Source of the DNA: Candidatus Limnocylindria bacterium
GTDB taxonomy: Bacteria; Chloroflexota; Limnocylindria; Limnocylindrales; CSP1-4
DNA: 64,000 nucleotides
Direction of reading: 5' to 3'
NCBI GenBank assembly: GCA_035525825.1
Contig: DATLDP010000078.1
Location: forward strand, 30,349-94,348
The position numbers and the translations under genes are program-made. This document shows, one piece after another, positions 38,297 to 45,287 of this stretch. The notes beneath the pieces are model-generated. The model made no database searches. It was not told the origin of the DNA and worked only from the letters and a program-made list of their open reading frames with translations. The first letter of the stretch is position 1. Each line of letters opens with the position of its first letter.

Positions 38297-40333
38297 TCAA
38301 TCGGCCTCGCAGCCGAGCGGAGAACCGGGCACCGATCCCGCGAAGTACGCCGAGGCCAGGGACCAGGCGCCGCGACCACAGGCCGAGCCGATGAGGCGTC
38401 CGGCGAAGTCGTCCGCCTGAATGTGAATGCCCCCGAACAGGCGCGACTGGCCGGCCTGGTCTGCGGCGTCGAAGTACGTGGCCCACTCTAGCGTGACGTC
38501 CGTCGTCGGCCCTGATTCCAGCACCAGCGATTCGGGCTCGAAGGCGTAGTGGCTCGAGCCATCCGGGAAGTACTCGGTGCCGGTGAACGCCGCCATCACT
38601 TCGGCGGCCGCCCGGCTGAACGTGCTGTGTCCCGACACGAAGCCCGCGAACGCCGGCGTGACGAAGGTCGACTCCTGGTACGTGATCCAGCGCGTCGCGA
38701 GGATCCAGCGAGCGCCCTGTCCCTCCTCGTCCGCCGGTCCCCATGCCCGGACCGCGATCTCGCCGACGTGATCGTTGAGGCGCTCGTGCCGATGGCCCGG
38801 CTCTGACGAGGTCGCCGTGATCAGCTCGATCAGTCCCGGAACCAGGAGCAGGCCCGACGGGTCGTACGAACGCCGCGAGGGGTCGCTGGACTGGCCAAGC
38901 CCTCCCATGTAGCGGATCAGGGAGATCGGACGGCTGCTGTCGTATCGGCCCTTCAACCCCCACGCCGCGATGGCCGCGTTGTGCACGGCGCCATTCAACG
39001 CGAGGTAGAGCTTCACGTCCCACTCCAGGCGACCGACGGGCGCTCCGGCCCCGGCGATGCGGAGGTTGTCGCCCAGCTCGTCGCTGACGTCGTTCGCGAT
39101 GACGTTCCAGTGACCCGGCGGCGTCTCGGATGAGGGGCCATCGGCCCAGAACTGGGTGGCGACCCGCATGTAGTCGGCAAGGTTGACCACCTGCGCCGCG
39201 TACGGCTTCCCGGTGGACGGATTGACCGGGTGACCCACGCCGTCGTTGGCGCCGAGGGCATTGCCGCCCATGGCGCCCGGCGAGATGTCGACCCTCGTGC
39301 CCACTGCCGGATCCAGGAGTGAGCTATCCCGGATCAATTCCACGATCTGCTCCTTGAGCAGGGCGTCGGTCAGCGGATCGCCGAGGCGCGGCGGTGGGCC
39401 CGGGTCGATGGCGACTCGATCGCCGTCCGGATCGAGGTCCCCGAAGCCGTCCACGCCGCCCCACTGGGTGCCGATCGCGGTCTGCAGGTTGGTGGTCCCG
39501 ATTCCGTTCTGGGAAACGGCCACCTCCATCTGGAGCGGCTGCCATCTGTTCGGGTCGATCATGTCGGAGCCGCCGTCGGCGATCACCAGCGGCGGGTTCG
39601 CGGGCTTGTACCCCGGATTTGCGTAGCCTCCCGCCTCGTTCGACCCGTCCTGCAGCCCTCGCGCCAGGATCGCGTCCGCGATGCGGTTGCCGATGGCGGA
39701 GGGCGACGTGCCTTCCCGGCTCGTCAGCTTCGGCCGATAGCAGAGCAGCGCCATCACGTCCCTGAACTCGAGGAGCGAGTCGTCGCCGCCGACGGCGGTC
39801 TTGAACCGGGCCTTGAGCACGCGGAAGGCCGCGAAGCTCATCGCTTCGGCGCGGGCAGCCTCGAGATCCTTGGCGCTGAACTTCTCGTGGAAGACGTAGC
39901 CACTGGCGGTCGGGTCGAACGCTGCCCAAGCATCCCACAAGGCCACGGAGACGTGGAACAGGTTCCGTGCGTGCACCGGCGGGTTCGGCAGGGATCGCCG
40001 GATGGCGTTCAGGAGCGCTTCGTCCCAGCGGCGGGCCACGGACCAGTCCGGATTCTCATCGGGTTCGCAGGTTCGGGGTGCGGCCGTCGGCGACGGCGTT
40101 GGAGATGGTCCCGTGCTGGCGGCGGCCGTTGCCGTTGGTCGAGGGGTGGCTGCGCTCACCGAAGGTCTGAGCGTCTCGCTCGCGGCACCCGATGGCATGG
40201 CCGTTGTCACGACCAGGGCCGTCTGCGGTCGCGCGACGGCGAACGCCATCGCGCCGGCGAGAACCGCCCCCACGACGACGATCGTGATCACGCGAGGCTG
40301 GGCCATGGCAAGGCGGCGATCTGGTGGTGTCAT
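38297..40333 (-). CDS. PAP2-superfamily / vanadium-dependent haloperoxidase-like secreted enzyme with N-terminal membrane anchor and Pro/Thr/Ala-rich linker
   Basis: 678 aa. PAP2 motifs FVSGHSTFS (PSGH) and SRLFGGIHIQAD (SRx5Hx3D). N-terminal TM helix followed by a PT-rich low-complexity segment. Confidence 0.7.
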   Translation of the reverse strand: MTPPDRRLAMAQPRVITIVVVGAVLAGAMAFAVARPQTALVVTTAMPSGAASETLRPSVSAATPRPTATAAASTGPSPTPSPTAAPRTCEPDENPDWSVARRWDEALLNAIRRSLPNPPVHARNLFHVSVALWDAWAAFDPTASGYVFHEKFSAKDLEAARAEAMSFAAFRVLKARFKTAVGGDDSLLEFRDVMALLCYRPKLTSREGTSPSAIGNRIADAILARGLQDGSNEAGGYANPGYKPANPPLVIADGGSDMIDPNRWQPLQMEVAVSQNGIGTTNLQTAIGTQWGGVDGFGDLDPDGDRVAIDPGPPPRLGDPLTDALLKEQIVELIRDSSLLDPAVGTRVDISPGAMGGNALGANDGVGHPVNPSTGKPYAAQVVNLADYMRVATQFWADGPSSETPPGHWNVIANDVSDELGDNLRIAGAGAPVGRLEWDVKLYLALNGAVHNAAIAAWGLKGRYDSSRPISLIRYMGGLGQSSDPSRRSYDPSGLLLVPGLIELITATSSEPGHRHERLNDHVGEIAVRAWGPADEEGQGARWILATRWITYQESTFVTPAFAGFVSGHSTFSRAAAEVMAAFTGTEYFPDGSSHYAFEPESLVLESGPTTDVTLEWATYFDAADQAGQSRLFGGIHIQADDFAGRLIGSACGRGAWSLASAYFAGSVPGSPLGCEAD

Positions 40334-40475
40334 CCGCCGTGAGACGCGCCGCCCGGATGGCTGTTACGGGGAGAGCGCCGCGGGTCGATCGGGGTGCGTC
40401 CGGTCCGATGCGGACGCCGGGTCATCGAGACCTCTGCGGGCCTCTTCGGTGCTCGTGGCGATCCCGGTGATTCAA

Positions 40476-40552
40476 ATGGAGGCGACGACCGGATTCGAAC
40501 CGGTGAATAGAGGTTTTGCAGACCTCCGTGTTGAACCACTTCACCACGTCGC
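40476..40552 (-). tRNA. tRNA-Cys (anticodon GCA)
   Basis: Minus-strand GGCGACGTGGTGAAGTGGTTCAACACGGAGGTCTGCAAAACCTCTATTCACCGGTTCGAATCCGGTCGTCGCCTCCA. Anticodon loop CUGCAAA, discriminator U73, CCA encoded. Confidence 0.8.
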
Positions 40553-40588
40553 CTCGGGGCCGAGGGATTGTGCCACGGCACGGGAAGT

Positions 40589-40662
40589 TGGTTGCCCCTC
40601 GAGGATTCGAACCTCGCTTCACGGATTCAAAGTCCGCTGTCCTACCGCTAGACGAAGGGGCA
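40589..40662 (-). tRNA. tRNA-Gln (anticodon UUG)
   Basis: Minus-strand TGCCCCTTCGTCTAGCGGTAGGACAGCGGACTTTGAATCCGTGAAGCGAGGTTCGAATCCTCGAGGGGCAACCA. U1-A72 pair typical of tRNA-Gln, anticodon loop CUUUGAA. Confidence 0.8.
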
Positions 40663-40826
40663 GCGGGCGAACGATACACGCGGGAACGTCGACCCTCGCG
40701 CCTCGCTGTCGCGCTCCCGTCGCGTCGTCGTTAGGTGAGGGCCCGTTGCGCTGGTGAGACCGTCGCGTCCCGTACGCCACCCTTGGGGCAGCCCCACCCC
40801 CCACATTGCTACGAGAGGCTTTCCAC

Positions 40827-41292
40827 CATGAGCAAGGTCGAGCATTCGGTCGACGTCGAGGTCCCCGTCCAGATCGCGTACAACCAGTGGACTCAGTTCG
40901 AGGAGTTTCCTCGGTTCATGAACGCGGTGGACGAGGTCCGACAGGTCGACGACACCCACCTCCACTGGGTCGCCCGCGTGGCCGGCCAGAAGAAGGAATG
41001 GGACGCGGAGATCACGGAGCAGACCCCGGACCAGCGCATCGCCTGGAACAGCACCAGCGGCGCGCGCAACGCCGGCGTGGTGACGTTCCACCGCATCGAT
41101 GACGAGAAGACCCGGGTGATGCTCCAGCTCGACGTCGAGCCCGAGGGTCCCATCGAGACGGTCGGCACCGCGGTCGGCCTCTTCGAGCGCGAGGTCGCCG
41201 GCGATCTTGATCGGTTCAAGGAGTTCATCGAGTCCCGCGGCACCGAGACAGGCGCCTGGCGCGGTGAGGTCGAGCAGACGGACGTCCGCTGA
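40827..41292 (+). CDS. SRPBCC (polyketide cyclase/dehydrase, START-like) family protein
   Basis: MSKVEHSVDVEVPVQIAYNQWTQFEEFPRFM... is the SRPBCC/cyclase pattern. ATG at 40827 with a GAGAGG SD. Confidence 0.7.
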
Positions 41293-41375
41293 GCGGGACC
41301 AATCACCCGCGCGGGTTCGAGTCGGTCTCGGCTCGGACCCGCACATCGGCGGGGATTCCTTCCGGGTAGGCGCCG

Positions 41376-41741
41376 CTATTGCGGCGTGAGGCCGCCGCAG
41401 ACCCAGAAGGCGTTCCCAGCGGCGACGAATTCCAGACCGCCAATCTTGTATCGGGCACCGGTCACGGCCACGACGCCTCCGTTCTCGTCGAGGACTGCGT
41501 AGTGACCGGTCACCAGACCTGGAGACCACCGGAACTTGTAGCTCGACGGCCAGATGAGTCCTCGAAGGCCCTCTTCCTCGGACTGCAGGGCGAGCCGCTC
41601 GGTCAGCTGCCCGACGAGGAACTTCTCAGGGGCACAGTGGGTATTGTTGTTGAGATCCTGGTGCACGGCCACGCCCGGATCGACCACCCCGCATCCGCTC
41701 AGGATCATGGCAACCGCGGCCGCGACGGGTGCAAGACGCAT
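41376..41741 (-). CDS. Small lipoprotein (signal peptide with lipobox ILSGC), hypothetical
   Basis: 121 aa; MRLAPVAAAVAMILSGCG, a type II signal peptide. Confidence 0.5.
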   Translation of the reverse strand: MRLAPVAAAVAMILSGCGVVDPGVAVHQDLNNNTHCAPEKFLVGQLTERLALQSEEEGLRGLIWPSSYKFRWSPGLVTGHYAVLDENGGVVAVTGARYKIGGLEFVAAGNAFWVCGGLTPQ

Positions 41742-41844
41742 CGACCCCCCGGCTCCAGTTGGACCTAGGCACGCCCGAACCGACGCACTGGCGGGTTGTG
41801 CAGCAGAAGCGTGATCCGGCTCGGCACGGCCGTCCGCGCCAGGG

Positions 41845-41949
41845 CTAGTGATGCCCGATCGCCTGAGCGATCCGATGGATCCAGACCATACCGATCGCCC
41901 ACAGCACGCCTGCGAGGGCCATCAGCGCGAGCTCGGGACTGACATTCAT
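41845..41949 (-). CDS. Possible 34-aa hydrophobic peptide (MNVSPELALMALAGVLWAIGMVWIHRIAQAIGHH)
   Basis: Hand-translated minus-strand ATG...TAG ORF just downstream of tRNA-Gly. GC3-rich codon usage, G-rich SD-like sequence about 10 nt upstream, one predicted TM helix. Below the ORF-track size cut-off. Confidence 0.2.
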   Translation of the reverse strand: MNVSPELALMALAGVLWAIGMVWIHRIAQAIGHH

Positions 41950-41991
41950 CTCGGGATCGTCCCGCCCCCGTCAAGGCGACGGGCAAAGAAA

Positions 41992-42067
41992 TGGAGCGGA
42001 AGACGGGACTCGAACCCGCGACCCTCACCTTGGCAAGGTGATGCTCTACCAACTGAGCCACTTCCGC
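41992..42067 (-). tRNA. tRNA-Gly (anticodon GCC)
   Basis: Minus-strand GCGGAAGTGGCTCAGTTGGTAGAGCATCACCTTGCCAAGGTGAGGGTCGCGGGTTCGAGTCCCGTCTTCCGCTCCA, near-identical in architecture to canonical tRNA-Gly(GCC). Confidence 0.85.
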
Positions 42068-42091
42068 TCGGGGGCTGCGCGCGCCGGTGTT

Positions 42092-42167
42092 TGGTGCCGA
42101 GAGCCAGAGTCGAACTGGCGACACCGCGATTTTCAGTCGCGTGCTCTACCAACTGAGCTATCTCGGC
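42092..42167 (-). tRNA. tRNA-Phe (anticodon GAA)
   Basis: Minus-strand GCCGAGATAGCTCAGTTGGTAGAGCACGCGACTGAAAATCGCGGTGTCGCCAGTTCGACTCTGGCTCTCGGCACCA. Anticodon loop CUGAAAA. Confidence 0.85.
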
Positions 42168-42230
42168 CCGGCGAGTCCTCCGAATTGATCCAATTCGACG
42201 GCTCGGGGAGGATAGCACGGGCCTTTTCGG

Positions 42231-42747
42231 GCCTTCAATCGAGGCCCGCCACCTCCACCGGACGGCCCAGGAATCGCCCGAAGCGATCCGCGGCCGCGGC
42301 CAGCGCGGCGCTCCTCCGCGTCGAAGCCGACCAGCGCGCTGAGCGCGACACGCACGACGGACCGATCCTCGGTGCGTCGCCAGCCTCCGACGTCCAGGCC
42401 GTCCCGGACGATCACGTGGGCGAGAATCTCCGCTGCCACTCTCGCGCCTGGTGAAACCGCCGCGCCGTCAGCGCCAGGAGCCAGCGCAGGTCCTCGGGCG
42501 CAACGAAATGCCAGGTCGGCCGCATCACGTGGGTCCGGAGGATCGCACCGGCATCGAACAGGGTGTCGAGGTCCGCGTCGGTGACGCCGTCGGACGCTCA
42601 CTCGGCCACGCCCCACTCCGCGCCGGCATAGTCCTGCGACTGCACCGCCAGGAGCGTCCGAACGACCGCGGCGAGATCCGGGTACGGCTCCCCGACGAGC
42701 CGCTGGGTCGTGAGCCGCCGCAGCGCGACGGACCCGGGCTCGATCAG
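42231..42747 (-). pseudogene. Remnant of an AlkZ/YcaQ-family (HTH_42, winged-helix) DNA glycosylase gene: nonsense codon, frameshift and 3' truncation
   Basis: Hand translation immediately below the htpX stop gives ...SVALRRLTTQRLVGEPYPDLAAVVRTLLAVQSQDYAGAEWGVAE*ASDGVTDADLDTLFDAGAILRTHVMRPTWHFVAPEDLRWLLALTARR... This matches the HTH_42/AlkZ N-terminal pattern (QxQ motif; ...W.L..R with TGA where Arg/CGA is expected). The frame then shifts, and only about 170 codons remain before tRNA-Phe, versus about 350-400 aa for intact homologues. Confidence 0.45.
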
Positions 42748-43727
42748 TCGAGCCCGGCCAGGGCCTTGACGTCGCCCTCAACGAGCGGCGGCTCGCCGGT
42801 CAGCTGCCGCAGCCGGTTGATTCGGTCGACGACGTTCGGGTGGGTCGAGAACATGGAGCTCGAGCGCTGCTCGAACTTCTTGATCGGGTTCGTGAAGTAC
42901 AGGTGCTGGGTCGCCCGGTTGGCGACCTCGAGGACCTCCCGGTCGCCGGAGATCTTCGCCAGGGCGCGCTCGATGCCCCGCGGGTTCCGGGTGAGCTCCA
43001 CCGACGAGGCATCCGCGAGGTACTCGCGCTGGCGGCTGACCGCGAGCTGCACGAGGCCGGCGATGACCGGCGCGATCACGGCCAGGACGATCGCGATGAC
43101 GTAGACGATGGCGACCAGTCCCCCACCCCCACGGTCGCGGTCGCCGCCGCCGCGCCGGCCTCCGCCCCAAAACGTGAAGCGCAGGAAGAAGTCGGCGAGC
43201 AGCGCGATCGAGCCGACCAGCACGGCGACGAGCAGGGTGAAGCGGATGTCGTAGTTGCGAACGTGCGAGAGCTCGTGGCCCATGACGCCCTGCAGCTCCT
43301 CGCGGTCCAGCTTCTGGAGCAGGCCGGTGGTGATCGCCACCGACGCGTGCTTCGGGTCTCGGCCGGTGGCGAAGGCATTCGGCGCGGTGTCGTCGATGAC
43401 GTAGACCCTGGGCATCGGCGTGCCGGCCGCGAGGGACATCTCCCGGACGACATTCATGAGCTGCGGCGCGTTCGCCTCGCTCACCTCCTTCGCGCCCGAA
43501 GCGGCGAGCACGAGCTTGTCGCCGGCGAAGTACGACCCCGCCGAGAGGACCATCGCAAGCACGACCGCGCCGATCGTGACCGCGAAGCCGCCCTCGACGT
43601 AGCCGGTCGTGCCGTAGCCGATGGCAAAGCCCAGCGCGGCGAGCAGCAGCGTGACCACGCCGACGAGCACCACGGAGTTCCGGCGGTTGATCGCCTGTTG
43701 AGCGGCGAACGTCGCGCGCATGGTCAT
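42744..43727 (-). CDS. htpX: HtpX-like M48 zinc metalloprotease
   Basis: 327 aa, N-terminal TM helices, HEXXH motif MGHELSHVRNYD. Confidence 0.85.
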   Translation of the reverse strand: MTMRATFAAQQAINRRNSVVLVGVVTLLLAALGFAIGYGTTGYVEGGFAVTIGAVVLAMVLSAGSYFAGDKLVLAASGAKEVSEANAPQLMNVVREMSLAAGTPMPRVYVIDDTAPNAFATGRDPKHASVAITTGLLQKLDREELQGVMGHELSHVRNYDIRFTLLVAVLVGSIALLADFFLRFTFWGGGRRGGGDRDRGGGGLVAIVYVIAIVLAVIAPVIAGLVQLAVSRQREYLADASSVELTRNPRGIERALAKISGDREVLEVANRATQHLYFTNPIKKFEQRSSSMFSTHPNVVDRINRLRQLTGEPPLVEGDVKALAGLD

Positions 43728-43770
43728 GTCGAAGGCAGCCTCGAAGGGCGCATGGGACGGAGAGCCGAGA

Positions 43771-43795
43771 CCGCGTCCGCTCGACGCGGACGCGG
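43771..43795 (-). terminator. Hairpin (9-bp GC stem CCGCGTCCG...CGGACGCGG) in the lemA-htpX intergenic region; possible attenuator or terminator without a U-tract
   Basis: Perfect inverted repeat read directly from the sequence. No T-tract follows. Confidence 0.2.
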
Positions 43796-43836
43796 CACGG
43801 GGTCGTTCAGCTGGGCGGGGCCCAGCTCCGGCCGGC

Positions 43837-44400
43837 TCAGCTCAGGCTGAGGTCGACCGTCGGGACGTTGGCTGCCTCGGGCTCGGCCTCGAAGAAGTCG
43901 CGCTTGGCGAAGCCGAACAGGCCCGCGAGGAGCACGGCCGGGAACACCTGGATGGCGTTGTTGTACTCGAGGACGCTGGCGTTGTAGTGCTGGCGGCTGA
44001 ACGACAGCTGGTTCTCGGTCGTCGTCAGCTCCTCCTGGAGCGAGAGGACATTCTGGTTGGCCTTCAGGTCCGGGTAGTTCTCGACGACCGCGAACAGCGA
44101 CCGCAGGGTGCCGGTCAGCGCGTTCTCCGCATTGGCCTGCGCCGCGACGCCCTGGGCGCCTGCCGCGACCGCGTTGGCGCGGGCGTTCGTGACGTCCGTC
44201 AGGACCTTCTGCTCGAAGTTCATGTAGCCCTTGACGGCATTCACGAGGTTCGGGATCAGGTCGTGCCGGCGCTTCAGCTGCACCTGGATCTGCGCGAGCG
44301 CCTCGTCGATCCGGTTGCGCCGGCTGATGAGGCCGTTGTAGATGCCGATCACGACCAGCGCGATGGCGCCGACGATGACCAGCAGGATGATCAGTTCCAT
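43837..44400 (-). CDS. lemA: LemA family protein
   Basis: ATG at 44400 verified. N-terminal TM helix then LemA pattern (...NGLISRRNRIDEALAQIQVQLKRRHDLIPNLV...YNNAIQVFP...). Commonly paired with htpX-like proteases. Confidence 0.8.
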   Translation of the reverse strand: MELIILLVIVGAIALVVIGIYNGLISRRNRIDEALAQIQVQLKRRHDLIPNLVNAVKGYMNFEQKVLTDVTNARANAVAAGAQGVAAQANAENALTGTLRSLFAVVENYPDLKANQNVLSLQEELTTTENQLSFSRQHYNASVLEYNNAIQVFPAVLLAGLFGFAKRDFFEAEPEAANVPTVDLSLS

Positions 44401-44506
44401 TGCTCGAGTTGCCCTCCACGATGACCGCACGCCAGTGAGCGCGTCGCCATCTCCCCTGAGTCTACCAACTGGGTGGTGGCACGCCGGAGCCGCGGTGGAC
44501 GTTGGG

Positions 44507-44583
44507 TGGTGGGCGGTGAGGGACTCGAACCCCCGACACCCTCGGTGTAAACGAGGCGCTCTGACCAGCTGAGCTAACCGCCC
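44507..44583 (-). tRNA. tRNA-Val (anticodon UAC)
   Basis: Minus-strand GGGCGGTTAGCTCAGCTGGTCAGAGCGCCTCGTTTACACCGAGGGTGTCGGGGGTTCGAGTCCCTCACCGCCCACCA. Anticodon loop UUUACAC. Confidence 0.8.
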
Positions 44584-44943
44584 GCCCGCAGCCTACAACG
44601 GCCCTCCCGACCAGGCCGATCGGCCGAGGTCGCGATGTTCCGAGGGTGAGCGCGCGCTGTGGTGGCGATCCCGGACTCGGATCTCGTCGATCCCGTCAGC
44701 CAGTCCCCTGGCGACTCCTCGGCACGACTGGACTGGCCTCCCGCCTCGTGTCCACGCCCACATGACCAACGTCGATCCGTCACCAGGTCGCCTGGCGACG
44801 ATGTGGCGAAATCGCGCTGCCGAAGAGTCACGTGGTGACTGCGTGACGGTTTCGCCGTTGCCCGCGGCTGAATCACAAGGCAGAAGAGCATCGCCTTGTC
44901 CGTCTTCTCGACGAGCCATGAGGACCGGCCGGGCCGCGCCGGG

Positions 44944-44985
44944 GGCCGACCCCCCGACGATCGGAAACCGCAGGTTTACGCAGGG
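44944..44985 (+). repeat. Copy 1 of a 26-34 nt conserved motif GGCCGACC...ATCGGAAACCGCAGGTTTACGCAGGG (internal direct repeat CGCAGG-N4-CGCAGG)
   Basis: Identical 26-nt core found inverted at 60587-60612. Both copies translate to the same peptide TIGNRRFTQG in the spurious track ORFs 44762..45055(+) and 60580..61308(-). Confidence 0.6.
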
Positions 44986-45033
44986 CCCAAGGGCGGCGCA
45001 CGGCGAGGCCGGGCCGACGAGTCAGGGAAGGAG

Positions 45034-45118
45034 TGGTGCCCAGGCCGGGACTTGAACCCGGATGAGTTGCCTCATACGCCCCTCAAACGTACGCGTATAC
45101 CAATTCCGCCACCTGGGC
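45034..45118 (-). tRNA. tRNA-Leu (anticodon GAG), class II
   Basis: Minus-strand GCCCAGGTGGCGGAATTGGTATACGCGTACGTTTGAGGGGCGTATGAGGCAACTCATCCGGGTTCAAGTCCCGGCCTGGGCACCA. Anticodon loop UUGAGGG, long variable arm. Confidence 0.8.
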
Positions 45119-45172
45119 ATCAGGTTCGCTGCCGGTGCGCTGGTTCCGTGGATCCGAGGGAGCCGAGAGAGG

Positions 45173-45259
45173 TGGTACCGAGGACGGGACTTGAACCCAT
45201 ACGCCCTTGCGGGCACTAGCTCCTGAAGCTAGCGCGTCTGCCAATTTCGCCACCTCGGC
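45173..45259 (-). tRNA. tRNA-Leu (anticodon CAG), class II
   Basis: Minus-strand GCCGAGGTGGCGAAATTGGCAGACGCGCTAGCTTCAGGAGCTAGTGCCCGCAAGGGCGTATGGGTTCAAGTCCCGTCCTCGGTACCA. Anticodon loop UUCAGGA, long variable arm. Confidence 0.8.
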
Positions 45260-45287
45260 GTGGATCCACAGCCGGCCCCGAAGAGCC

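Noticed and set aside
41306-41315. Perfect 10-bp palindrome CCCGCGCGGG after the SRPBCC gene as a terminator
   Set aside because: No loop and no flanking stem extension or T-tract. It is a common GC palindrome in high-GC DNA.
42158-42781. 207-aa minus-strand ORF from the track as a real gene
   Set aside because: It overlaps tRNA-Phe and is a composite of out-of-frame pieces. The underlying signal is better explained as an AlkZ-family pseudogene remnant.
44826-44850. Inverted repeat GTCACgtgGTGAC and a CACGTG palindrome in the Val/Leu tRNA spacer
   Set aside because: Short (5-bp arms), single occurrence, and no obvious target gene. Noted only as a minor motif.
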